DNA of 64,000 nucleotides from a virus (IMGVR_UViG_2778261139_000002:22595-86594), one strand, 5' to 3'; shown: positions 10,246 to 19,315, counted from the first letter of the stretch. Notes: a model not told the origin generated them from the letters alone. Translations and numbers: made by a program.

Positions 10246-10331
10246 ACTATTTTACCCCCAGCGGCAAATCGCAAAAACAATCAGTGCGATCGAAATGGCA
10301 GCCACTACAATTGCAAATGCTTCAGGCTAGG

Positions 10332-11258
10332 TCATTGGCGTACCTCCTTCGGCGGTTCTGGTAGCGGCATCCAGTGGGTTACTTCTTTGAGATGCAGGTC
10401 TTCGCCATCACCGTCATCCCAAGTGGGATTGCCATCATTAAACCAGTCGCCATATACGCCGACCTGAGTGTTGGGGATGCTTGGTGGGTAGTTGTTTTTA
10501 AAGTCAGCTGCTAACACATAGTATTGTCGCTCTCCCATTTCTGGCATTCGATCACTACAGCTTATCCAACCATCCGGAGTTACCGGAACTGGCGGAACGG
10601 CTGTTTGCTCTCGAACGTCATTAGTCGCTATCGGTTCTGCTGCCAACTGACTGGCATATTTGTTAATGGTAACGATAAGCTCTTGCTCAGCCTCATCCAG
10701 ACAATCACCGATACCTCGCCTGTCACCGTCAAAATCATCGAAATCGGCACGAATCTTGGCAACCTTCTGGATTGCGGACAACACCTCACTAGGAATTACC
10801 GGATAGTTGGTTGACGTTTCCGCGATTTCCCGAAAATTATTGGTTGACGAATTCTTGTTTTCCCGAAAGTTTCCGGACTGAAGCATGGCGGCGCGGCAGG
10901 CATTCCAGCCTCTTACCTCTGCAATAGCGGCAACCGCATCAACCGCGTACATGCTAAGAGGATTAGGCATTGGTTTTTCTTCCGGTACTACTGGTGCTGG
11001 AGGGGCGGCGTAAATGCCCTCTATCACTAAATGTTTGCGCTCAAAATCATCTGGCTCTCGATGATATACGTAACTCCAATCACCAAGGTTATCATTGCGC
11101 CTGCAACGGAAACCTATCGGCTCGGCTTCCAGCGCTGCCAGAGCAATTCGTGCCAGTTCTTCCGCTTCTTCTGCTGGCAGTACAACGTTGCTACCAGGTC
11201 CGTATGTTTCGCGCCACTGTTTGATTGTCAGCAGTCGCCCTTTGGTAATAGTGATCAT
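10332..11258 (-). CDS. Phage protein with C-terminal DUF551-like motif, 308 aa
   Basis: ORF; C-terminal ...HLKEVTHWMPLPEPPK resembles the DUF551 signature; translationally coupled to upstream gene. Confidence 0.55.
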   Translation of the reverse strand: MITITKGRLLTIKQWRETYGPGSNVVLPAEEAEELARIALAALEAEPIGFRCRRNDNLGDWSYVYHREPDDFERKHLVIEGIYAAPPAPVVPEEKPMPNPLSMYAVDAVAAIAEVRGWNACRAAMLQSGNFRENKNSSTNNFREIAETSTNYPVIPSEVLSAIQKVAKIRADFDDFDGDRRGIGDCLDEAEQELIVTINKYASQLAAEPIATNDVREQTAVPPVPVTPDGWISCSDRMPEMGERQYYVLAADFKNNYPPSIPNTQVGVYGDWFNDGNPTWDDGDGEDLHLKEVTHWMPLPEPPKEVRQ

Positions 11259-11770
11259 GCCGCGTTTCCTTCTTTCTTATTAACAATCACACCGTCATAT
11301 ATTTCATTAAGGTGCCCCCTCAACTCCATGCGCCTTAATGCAGATAACATGTAATCGCATTCAACCTGCTTATTTCCAGTAAATGGCTTATCGTCAGGAT
11401 TACCCCAACAGCAATTACCCTTGGGCCACCCATGTACTTTCCGTACTCTTCCGTTAACAACGTGAAGTAACCCCCAGCCAGCTGGTAAATCCTCAATTGA
11501 AATAATTCCCGGCTCACTAATAAAGAATCGCCAGTCGCCCATTCCAAGAGACGGATTTTTACGAAAACGCTTTTTTCTATCTGCTAACAAGTCAGCACGA
11601 GAACACTTCGCCTCTATCAGGCATGATGCTGAATTTCTGAATCCCATAGCATCTGGCTGTTCTCCGGTACTGGTTACAGCTATAAAGCGGTCATGAAAAC
11701 AAACCTTGAACCCGTTGCGCTTAAGGAACTTGTACGCAATCTGACAGAGTTCGCGGTGTGTTAGCGCCAT
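11255..11770 (-). CDS. Hypothetical protein, 171 aa, possible PD-(D/E)xK nuclease fold
   Basis: ORF with 4-nt overlap to next gene; D...EAK arrangement (PDAMGF...CLIEAKCSRAD) noted by eye only. Confidence 0.5.
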   Translation of the reverse strand: MALTHRELCQIAYKFLKRNGFKVCFHDRFIAVTSTGEQPDAMGFRNSASCLIEAKCSRADLLADRKKRFRKNPSLGMGDWRFFISEPGIISIEDLPAGWGLLHVVNGRVRKVHGWPKGNCCWGNPDDKPFTGNKQVECDYMLSALRRMELRGHLNEIYDGVIVNKKEGNAA

Positions 11771-11875
11771 ATCACTCTCCTTTGATGCCAGTGTTTACAA
11801 CCTGACAAGCCTCTTTGAGCACCCAGTCAACAGCGTCTTTCCATGCTCCGGTTTCGGCTGGCGGATTCTCACGTT

Positions 11876-12466
11876 TTACCTGCTCATAGAAGCCAGTCCT
11901 TCCGGCACTACTGGCGATGGCTGTTTAGCTTCTAAATCAGCAATTCTGTCAACCACGGCATCGACAGCATCTGAAAAACTGAAACAGTTACTCCACTCAG
12001 GCCTATCCCCGGTTGCTGCAAAGTACATATCAGCTAAAGCAGACTCAGCATGGTCACGCTCATTAATGAGTTGCTCTTCGCTTTTCTCCAGTTCTGCAAT
12101 GCGCTTACTTCCATCCGCGATTACACCCTCGTAATATTCACGCTGCTCGTTGAGTTTTGATTTTGCTGCTTCCAGCTCAACGCGCAGCTTCCCTACCGTT
12201 AGCGCAATATCCTCGTTCTCCTGGTCGCGTGATTTGATGTATTGCTGGTTTCTTTCCCGTTCATCCAGCAGTGCCAAGACGGTAGCCGGATTGGCTGCTG
12301 CTATGAATCGCTTATTGGCGCGATTATCTGTTCCTGAGCATGATGCTATGTAGTAATTGGCGTTCAGTCCGGCATTGGCAATAACCCCATAGTCATCAGT
12401 ACACCATTCGCCTGGTGTTGCATTTTCTGCCGCCAGCCGCAGTGCTTGATAGCTAACTCCGTTCAC
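11876..12466 (-). CDS. Ead/Ea22-like prophage protein, 196 aa
   Basis: N-terminal ATPGEW motif and central coiled coil typical of Ead/Ea22-like proteins. Confidence 0.55.
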   Translation of the reverse strand: MNGVSYQALRLAAENATPGEWCTDDYGVIANAGLNANYYIASCSGTDNRANKRFIAAANPATVLALLDERERNQQYIKSRDQENEDIALTVGKLRVELEAAKSKLNEQREYYEGVIADGSKRIAELEKSEEQLINERDHAESALADMYFAATGDRPEWSNCFSFSDAVDAVVDRIADLEAKQPSPVVPEGLASMSR

Positions 12467-12684
12467 TTCACACCTCTCTGTTTGTTGATAAGTTCAATAT
12501 CCTGCTGGCAACTTGCGCAAGCTCGGCATCCACGAACAGCCAGGCGTCGCCGCTCATCTATCGGATCGCCACACTCGCAACAATGAGTAGCAGATGGGGC
12601 ATTACTATCGGATTTGTATTTTTGCAGGGAGAGATTGCGCTGCAATTCTTCGATTTCAGCGGCATTGTCGACGATATCTGCCAT
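12463..12684 (-). CDS. TraR/DksA-family C4 zinc-finger protein, 73 aa
   Basis: CECGDPIDERRR...CRACASC four-cysteine motif at C terminus; size typical of phage TraR. Confidence 0.65.
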   Translation of the reverse strand: MADIVDNAAEIEELQRNLSLQKYKSDSNAPSATHCCECGDPIDERRRLAVRGCRACASCQQDIELINKQRGVK

Positions 12685-12731
12685 TTTCCTTTCCTTCAGG
12701 CATGAAAAAAGGAGCCGAAGCTCCTTTGGTA

Positions 12732-13361
12732 TCAGAATTCAAATTGTCTTGCCCGCAGGCTTTTCAGCATTGGCATGGCCCGCTGGATAACGGAACTTGA
12801 CATGTCGAGACGTGTTACCTCCCTCAGTAGCGCGTCTCTGTTCTTCGTCACCATGTAGATGGTCTCAAACGCAATGTCATACAGCTTGTTCGTGTATGAG
12901 GAGTTCAGCTCTTTCATAATGGGATACAGGTGTTTGCTGATGTCCTGGGCTTTTTCCATCCAGAGCTGCATGTAGCAAAGGAGGATGATTTCCTCGGCTG
13001 TGAATTGCGGCTGTGGTTCTGCTTGTACTGGCTGAATGTTGCGAAGTTTCTTTTCGCACTCGATGAAGTAGCGGCGTATCTGGCGGCCTTTTTCGTTACG
13101 TTCAACCATCGCAAGCTCTTTGGCTGTGTCGAGGGTGAGGTGGTAATCCTTGCGGCGGCGGCCTGGAGTTTTCGCCAAATTTGGCGAAAATAGAATGTAG
13201 TCTAAATTTTCTACGAATCCATACTCGTTTAGCCTGGCCCGTATCCAGTTAGAAAAATCTTTACCTACCTCTAAAAATCCATGCAAATCACGCGCGTTCA
13301 CCAGAAGCGTAGGTTCATTTGAGATTGTACCTTCAAACACAGGGATGAGTTGAGTGGTCAT
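12732..13361 (-). CDS. AntA/AntB-like antirepressor-domain protein, 209 aa
   Basis: N-terminal LIPVFEG...ARDLHGFLEV...FSNWI pattern recalled from the AntA N-terminal domain; last gene before element end. Confidence 0.5.
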   Translation of the reverse strand: MTTQLIPVFEGTISNEPTLLVNARDLHGFLEVGKDFSNWIRARLNEYGFVENLDYILFSPNLAKTPGRRRKDYHLTLDTAKELAMVERNEKGRQIRRYFIECEKKLRNIQPVQAEPQPQFTAEEIILLCYMQLWMEKAQDISKHLYPIMKELNSSYTNKLYDIAFETIYMVTKNRDALLREVTRLDMSSSVIQRAMPMLKSLRARQFEF

Positions 13362-13698
13362 GATGACCTCCTTATTTGTTTAGTTTATAACCGCCAGTTA
13401 GTAGCTGGCGGTCGGGTGTCAACTGAGCCAAATAAGAAGCTCTGGGCATATTCCCCTTGCGGGTGTTGTATTACGCCTCTCCACCCGACCTTTGTACGGA
13501 TGTAACTATGCCAAATTGCAGGCATAAAAAAGCCGCAAAGCTATCGGGTGCGGAGACCGCTTATTTGTTCAGTGCGATCAGTATGCGATAGCTCTGACGG
13601 ATTTGTCAAATCGTGCAGTAACATCCTTTTCTTCCTTGCCATTTCTCAATGATGACAAAGGGTGGATTCGGATTGGTATTGGGACAAAAGTGAGACAC

Positions 13699-13732
13699 AC
13701 AAAGCTTTGCATCGGCTTACAAAGCTTTGCAT
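13699..13732. repeat. Two 14-bp direct repeats (ACAAAGCTTTGCAT) 20 bp apart, each containing the 10-bp palindrome CAAAGCTTTG
   Basis: Exact copies at 13699-13712 and 13719-13732, about 80 bp inside the inferred element end. Confidence 0.7.
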
Positions 13733-13776
13733 GTTTTTCAATGTTGGGACGTGTGAGCGCAGAAATGACGGGCTAT

Positions 13777-13890
13777 CTAATTGATTTTAAACGATACGTA
13801 ACCAACTTTAAAATCTTTGCACGCCAGTTCGCAGGTTTTACAGCCAGTACAGCGGCTGGAATCGATAAAAAATCCATATTGTGTGGTCAT
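13777..13890 (-). pseudogene. ynfG: ynfG 5-prime fragment (4Fe-4S subunit gene truncated by the mobile element)
   Basis: Translation MTTQYGFFIDSSRCTGCKTCELACKD matches the recalled YnfG/DmsB-type N terminus, then diverges and stops after 37 codons; start 10 bp after ynfF stop. Confidence 0.7.
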
Positions 13891-13900
13891 GGGCTACTCC

Positions 13901-16327
13901 TTAAACCTTTTCGATCTGGACAAGATTGCTGTGCGACGGGTTTCCCTTTGCCAGCGGTGAAGGGCGGTGAGAGGTCAGAATATTGATACTGCCGCCGTGA
14001 TCGACCCGGTCACCAAACATATCCGCTTTAAGCCACGCACCTTGCCCGATGGCGGTAACGCCAGGCAGAATACGCGGAGTCACTTTTGCGGCAATCAGCA
14101 TTTCTCCATTATTGTTAAATACCCGCACGGTATCGCCATGACGGATACCGCGTGCCTGAGCATCAATGGGGTTGATCCACACCTCTTGTGGGCAGGCCTG
14201 CTGTAACACATCAATATTGCCGTAGCTGGAGTGGGTACGCGCTTTGTAGTGGAAGCCCGTTAACTGCAGTGGATAGGTTTTCCGCAGGGGATCGTCCCAG
14301 CCATCAAAACCTGGGGTATACGCAGGAAGGGGATGAATAATTTCATCTTTTTTCAATTCCCAGGTATCTGCAATCTTCGCCAGTCGTTCCGAATAAATTT
14401 CGATTTTCCCCGAAGGTGTTTTCAACGGGTTTGCCTGTGGATCTTCACGGAATGCGCGGAAAGCGACGTAGTGTTCTTCCGGGCATTTTTTCTTAAAGAT
14501 CCCGGTCGTTTTCATCTCCTCGTAGTCGGGCATCTCAGGGTTACGTTCCTTCGTTTTCGCATGGAGATATTTGATCCATTCATGCTGACTGCGACCTTCA
14601 GTAAAGGTTTGATAAACGTCTGGTCCTAAGCGTTTGGCGACTTCACTCAGCATCCAGTAGATGGGTTTGCGTTCAAATTTTGCTGAGGTTGCGGGTTGGG
14701 CGAGGATCACATAGCCCATATTCCCTGCAGATTCATGAGAGATAAGGTCTTCTTGCTCTGTTGGCATCAGGTCGGGCAACAGGATATCGCAATACTTAGC
14801 CGAGGCCGTCATGAAGTGGTCAATGCCAACAATCATCTCGCACTTGCTGTCATCCTGAAGCACCTCATGGGTGTGATTGATGTCGCCATGTTGATTGATC
14901 AATGTGTTACTGGCGTAGCACCATAAAAACTTGATGGGGACATCCAGTTTTTCTTTTCCACGAACACCATCACGGGTCGCGGTCATTTCCTTACCATGGT
15001 CGATGGCATCTGTCCATGTAAAGACGGAAATCTGCGTTTTAACAGGGTTCTCAAGCATCGGGAACCATTCTACCCCCAGATCCCAGCTACCTTCGCGTAC
15101 ACCTGAGTTGCCGCCGTTTATGCCGACGTTACCGGTGAGAACGGAAAGCATGGCAATAGCGCGGGACGTTTGCTCGCCGTTGGAATGTCGTTGTGGCCCC
15201 CAACCCTGACAAATATAAGCAGGTTTTGCTGAACCGATCTCTCGTGCCAACTGGATAATTTTTTCTGCCGGGATGCTGGTGATTTTTGCTGCCCATTCCG
15301 GCGTTTTAGCTATGCCGTCAGGCCCTTCGCCCAGAATATAGGCTTTATAATGCGCGTTACGTGGTGCGTTGGCGGGCAGAGTTTTTTCATCGTAACCAAC
15401 ACAATATTTGTCGAGAAATGGCTGATCGACCATGTTTTCAGTAATCAGTACCCAGGCAATCGCACAGGCCAGTGCGCCATCGGTGCCTGGGCGAATGGGC
15501 AGCCATTCATCTTCACGCCCGGCAGCTGTGTCGTTATAACGTGGATCGATGACGATCATGCGTGCGTTTGAACGTTCGCGGGCTTGCTCGACGTAGTAAG
15601 TGACACCACCGCCGCTCATCCGCGTTTCTGCCGGGTTATTTCCGAACATAACGACCAGTTTCGTATTGGCGATATCATCCGGGCTGTTGCCATCATTGGC
15701 ACCGAACATATAACTCATTGCGGCACTGATCTGTGCGGTACTGTAGCTGCCATAGCGACTGAGAAAACCACCGCAAGAGTTCATCAGACGGTACGGGACG
15801 TTTGAGTTGGTGATGTTTCCGCCATCTACGCCTGTTCCGTACAGGACATGTACAGCCTCATTGCCGTAATCTTTCAGGATCCGCCGAAGATTATCACTGA
15901 TGGTATCCAGGGCTTCGTCCCAACTTATCCGTTCAAATTTACCTTCACCGCGCTTGCCGACGCGCTTCATGGGATATTTCAACCTATCAGGATGATTCAT
16001 CCGTCGGCGGATAGAGCGCCCGCGTAAACACGCTCGAACCTGATGGTTACCGTAGACGTCGTCACCTGTCGTATCAGACTCCACCCAGTACACGGTGTCA
16101 TCTTTCACATGCAAACGTAACAGACAGCGGCTCCCGCAGTTAACGGTGCAGGAACTCCAGACCGCTTTCTCTTCTACCGGAGCCTCTGCCGCCCGGACCA
16201 TTTGGGAAAATGGCAGAGTGAAAGCACTGCTTGCCAGCGCAAGACTGCCAAGTGCGGAGGTTTTCATCAGACTTCTACGGCTGATTTCAGCCTTCATGAG
16301 CGCCTCTGTGGTATGGATTTTCATCAT
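13901..16327 (-). CDS. ynfF: Molybdopterin oxidoreductase catalytic subunit (DmsA paralogue) with Tat signal
   Basis: 808-aa ORF; twin-arginine SRRSLMK signal, Cys cluster CTVNCGSRC, DmsA-family length; position distal to ynfE. Confidence 0.9.
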   Translation of the reverse strand: MMKIHTTEALMKAEISRRSLMKTSALGSLALASSAFTLPFSQMVRAAEAPVEEKAVWSSCTVNCGSRCLLRLHVKDDTVYWVESDTTGDDVYGNHQVRACLRGRSIRRRMNHPDRLKYPMKRVGKRGEGKFERISWDEALDTISDNLRRILKDYGNEAVHVLYGTGVDGGNITNSNVPYRLMNSCGGFLSRYGSYSTAQISAAMSYMFGANDGNSPDDIANTKLVVMFGNNPAETRMSGGGVTYYVEQARERSNARMIVIDPRYNDTAAGREDEWLPIRPGTDGALACAIAWVLITENMVDQPFLDKYCVGYDEKTLPANAPRNAHYKAYILGEGPDGIAKTPEWAAKITSIPAEKIIQLAREIGSAKPAYICQGWGPQRHSNGEQTSRAIAMLSVLTGNVGINGGNSGVREGSWDLGVEWFPMLENPVKTQISVFTWTDAIDHGKEMTATRDGVRGKEKLDVPIKFLWCYASNTLINQHGDINHTHEVLQDDSKCEMIVGIDHFMTASAKYCDILLPDLMPTEQEDLISHESAGNMGYVILAQPATSAKFERKPIYWMLSEVAKRLGPDVYQTFTEGRSQHEWIKYLHAKTKERNPEMPDYEEMKTTGIFKKKCPEEHYVAFRAFREDPQANPLKTPSGKIEIYSERLAKIADTWELKKDEIIHPLPAYTPGFDGWDDPLRKTYPLQLTGFHYKARTHSSYGNIDVLQQACPQEVWINPIDAQARGIRHGDTVRVFNNNGEMLIAAKVTPRILPGVTAIGQGAWLKADMFGDRVDHGGSINILTSHRPSPLAKGNPSHSNLVQIEKV

Positions 16328-16384
16328 TACTCACTTATTGCTTTTCAAACAAAATGTCATGCCAGAATTTATGGTTGTCGTGGG

Positions 16385-18811
16385 TTATATTTTTTCGATC
16401 TCGACCAGATTAGTGTGCTGCGGGTTTCCCTTCGCCAGTGGTGAAGGGCGCAGAGTGGTTAGCGTATTCACACAGCCGCCATGGTCGATTTTATCGCCAG
16501 ACATATTGGCCTCGTGCCAGGCTCCCTGGCCCATAGCGCTAACTCCAGGGAGAATACGTGGTGTTACTTTGGCTGGTAGCCGAACTTCGCCACGATGGTT
16601 AAACACCCGCACCATATCGCCGTTGGCAATCCCACGTTTCTGCGCATCTATAGGGTTGATCCACACCTCCTGACGGCAGGCAGCCTTCAGGAGATCAATA
16701 TTGCCGTAGGTCGAGTGAGTACGGGATTTGTAATGGAAACCAAACAGTTGCAGTGGGAAGGTTCTACGTTCAGGGGAGTTCCAGCCTTCAAAGGTTGAGG
16801 CATAAACTGGCAATGGGCTTATCACTTCATCTTTTTCCAGTTCCCAGGTACGGGCAATTTCCGCCAGCCTGCTGGAATAAATTTCAATCTTACCGGAAGG
16901 CGTTTTAAGTGGATTTGCCTCGGGGTCGTCACGAAATGCTTTGTAGGCGACAAAATGGCCATTGGGATCTTTACGCTTATAGATACCCATTTTTTTCAGT
17001 TCGTCGTAAGACGGTAACGCCGGATCTTTGGCAAGCATTTTGGCGTACAGATGTTGTAACCATTGTTCCTGCGTGCGACCTTCTGTGAACTTTTGATAGA
17101 CGTCAGGTCCAAGACGTTTCGCGACTTCACTCAGGATCCAGTAAATCGGTTTGCGTTCGAATTTTTCGCTGGTGACAGGCTGGAGGAAAATGAGATATCC
17201 CATGTTACCGGCGTAGTCGTTAGGAATAATATCTTCCTGCTCAACGGTCATCAGGTCTGGCAGCAGAATGTCGGCATATTTTGCCGATGAGGTCATAAAG
17301 TTTTCGATGATCACAATCATTTCGCATTTCGATTCGTCCTGCAGAATTTCATGCGTTTTGTTGATGTCAGAATGCTGATTAACGAGGGTATTTCCCGCGT
17401 AGTTCCAGATGAACTTAATGGGCACATCCAGTTTATCTTTGCCGCGGACGCCGTCGCGGATTGCCGTCATTTGCGGACCATGATCGATAGCATCTGTCCA
17501 GCTGAAGCAGGAGATTGACGTTTTGACCGGATTATCCAGCACCGGCAGGCGTTCTATGGTAATGGTATAGGTCGATTCACGCGCGCCACTATTTCCGCCG
17601 CTGATGCCGACATTGCCCGTCAAAATAGGTAACATAGCAATAGCGCGTGCAGTCAGTTCGCCGTTTGCCTGGCGTTGCGGCCCCCAGCCCTGGCAGATAT
17701 AAGCGGGTTTTGCTGTGCCAATTTCACGCGCCAGTTTGATGATACGGTCTACCGGGATACCGGTAATTTGCGAAGCCCACTGCGGCGTTTTCGCTGTGTT
17801 ATCATCACCTTCACCAAGAATATAGGCTTTATAGTGACCATTTTTGGGTGCATCTGCGGGTAAGGTTTTTTCGTCATAGCCGACGCAGTATTTATCGAGA
17901 AAAGGTTGATCAACGAGATTTTCGTTAATCAATACCCAGGCAATACCCGCAACCAGCGCGGCATCGGTGCCCGGGCGAATAGGGAGCCATTCATCTTCAC
18001 GACCAGCAGCCGTATCGGTATATCGCGGATCGATAACAATCATTTTGGCGTTCGATTTCTCGCGCGCTTTTTCAAGAAGATAAGTGATGCCACCGCCGCT
18101 CATGCGGGTTTCTGCCGGGTTGTTACCAAACATCACGACCAGCTTGCTGTTTTCAATATCCGTGGTGCTGTTGCCATCATTACTGCCGTAGGTGTAGGGC
18201 ATGGCACAGGAAATTTGCGCGGTGCTGTAGGAGCCATACTGATTGAGTGAACCGCCGTAGCAGTTCATCAGGCGTTTGACCGCCGAGGCTGATGGCGAAG
18301 AGCGGGTCATATTGCCGCCAACAATCCCCGAAGAGTACTGAATATATACAGCCTCATTGCCATATTGTTCGACGGTTTTTTTCAGGCTACTGGCGATAGT
18401 ATCCAGGGCTTCATCCCAGCTAATCCGTTCGAATTTGCCTTCACCGCGTGTACCCACGCGTTTCATTGGGTAATTCAAGCGATCGGGATGATTAATACGC
18501 CGGCGGATGGAGCGACCGCGCAAACAGGCGCGTACCTGATGGTTGCCGTACTCATCGCTGCCGGTATTGTCAGTTTCCACCCAGGTCACTTCATTATCTT
18601 TAACATGTAGACGAAGTGCACAGCGGCTACCACAGTTGACGGAACAGGCACCCCAGATCACTTTTTCGCTGGCCTGTTGTACCGTTGCCGCTGCACTGCG
18701 CAGGGTGAACGGTAAAGAAAAACCGCCTGCAGCCAGCGCCAGAGAACCTATCGCGGTTGATTTAACGAGTGTTCTGCGGCTGATGCCCACCATTCGGTCA
18801 TTTTTGGACAT
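16385..18811 (-). CDS. ynfE: Molybdopterin oxidoreductase catalytic subunit (DmsA paralogue) with Tat signal
   Basis: 808-aa ORF, SRRTLVK Tat motif, tandem paralogue of ynfF. Confidence 0.9.
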   Translation of the reverse strand: MSKNDRMVGISRRTLVKSTAIGSLALAAGGFSLPFTLRSAAATVQQASEKVIWGACSVNCGSRCALRLHVKDNEVTWVETDNTGSDEYGNHQVRACLRGRSIRRRINHPDRLNYPMKRVGTRGEGKFERISWDEALDTIASSLKKTVEQYGNEAVYIQYSSGIVGGNMTRSSPSASAVKRLMNCYGGSLNQYGSYSTAQISCAMPYTYGSNDGNSTTDIENSKLVVMFGNNPAETRMSGGGITYLLEKAREKSNAKMIVIDPRYTDTAAGREDEWLPIRPGTDAALVAGIAWVLINENLVDQPFLDKYCVGYDEKTLPADAPKNGHYKAYILGEGDDNTAKTPQWASQITGIPVDRIIKLAREIGTAKPAYICQGWGPQRQANGELTARAIAMLPILTGNVGISGGNSGARESTYTITIERLPVLDNPVKTSISCFSWTDAIDHGPQMTAIRDGVRGKDKLDVPIKFIWNYAGNTLVNQHSDINKTHEILQDESKCEMIVIIENFMTSSAKYADILLPDLMTVEQEDIIPNDYAGNMGYLIFLQPVTSEKFERKPIYWILSEVAKRLGPDVYQKFTEGRTQEQWLQHLYAKMLAKDPALPSYDELKKMGIYKRKDPNGHFVAYKAFRDDPEANPLKTPSGKIEIYSSRLAEIARTWELEKDEVISPLPVYASTFEGWNSPERRTFPLQLFGFHYKSRTHSTYGNIDLLKAACRQEVWINPIDAQKRGIANGDMVRVFNHRGEVRLPAKVTPRILPGVSAMGQGAWHEANMSGDKIDHGGCVNTLTTLRPSPLAKGNPQHTNLVEIEKI

Positions 18812-18910
18812 AACTCACTCCCTGTTCTTTATCGTTATATAAATGTTTATATATTGAATATTTAGCGCGCTAACAATAGAGGGAGTCTACCCATTTTGGG
18901 TTAAGAATTA

Positions 18911-18924
18911 TTAATCCATATCAA
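18911..18924. promoter_or_regulatory. Possible FNR-type site (TTAAT-N4-ATCAA) upstream of ynfE
   Basis: One mismatch to TTGAT-N4-ATCAA, ~100 bp upstream of the ynfE start; purely motif-based. Confidence 0.25.
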
Positions 18925-19009
18925 TAGAAGGGTATGAGTAATAAGGTGGGATTATGTTGTATGTTCAAATCGCCGGATGTGTCGTATCCGGCGTTCAGTC
19001 GATAATGTA

Positions 19010-19315
19010 TTACTGCGGTTCGGCAGGCGCGCCATCCTGGGTAGACTGCGCGGGAGCAGAGACGTTACCGCTGGTGGTGCGGGTATAGAGAATTTTATGC
19101 GTATCATTAGCGCAATGGCCGACGACCTGGGAATCAGGCTGATCAACCTGGTCATTGGGTACAATACTTAACGTGAAGCTGCTTTCGGGTACGCCATTAT
19201 TGATAATGCGCTGTGATATATCGCTCTGTATGCGCTCACAGGATCCCGGCGCGGCGAGTACCACGGGTGAGGCGAGGGCGAGCAGAAGCGCGGCACAGCA
19301 GGTTGAGAGTTTCAT
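19010..19315 (-). CDS. ynfD: Small secreted protein YnfD (DUF1161-type)
   Basis: Signal peptide MMKLSTCCAALLLALASPVVLA; 101 aa; start taken at internal Met of the tabulated ORF. Confidence 0.8.
   Translation of the reverse strand: MKLSTCCAALLLALASPVVLAAPGSCERIQSDISQRIINNGVPESSFTLSIVPNDQVDQPDSQVVGHCANDTHKILYTRTTSGNVSAPAQSTQDGAPAEPQ

Larger units (their letters stand above)
1..13808. mobile_element. Right-hand end of a phage-type mobile element (prophage-like), continuing left of the window; right boundary inside ynfG
   Basis: Phage-type genes (giant late-type ORF, Ead/Ea22, TraR, AntA, DUF551) contiguous up to a truncated host ynfG; no integrase in window, so this is inferred to be the int-distal (attR) end. 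Confidence 0.6.

Noticed and set aside
13400-13800. Search for a tRNA gene at the left-element attachment site
   Set aside because: No tRNA-like T-arm or acceptor features seen; the junction is inside the ynfG coding sequence instead.
13603-13986. 127-codon plus-strand ORF spanning the ynfF 3-prime end, the truncated ynfG start and the element junction
   Set aside because: Runs antisense across two recognised genes and the insertion junction; no RBS; interpreted as a chance ORF.
14333-18842. Numerous 60-190 codon plus-strand ORFs inside ynfF and ynfE (for example 16095-16673, 17906-18250, 18543-18842)
   Set aside because: All lie antisense to two well-supported 808-aa molybdoenzyme genes; typical antisense ORFs of GC-rich coding DNA.
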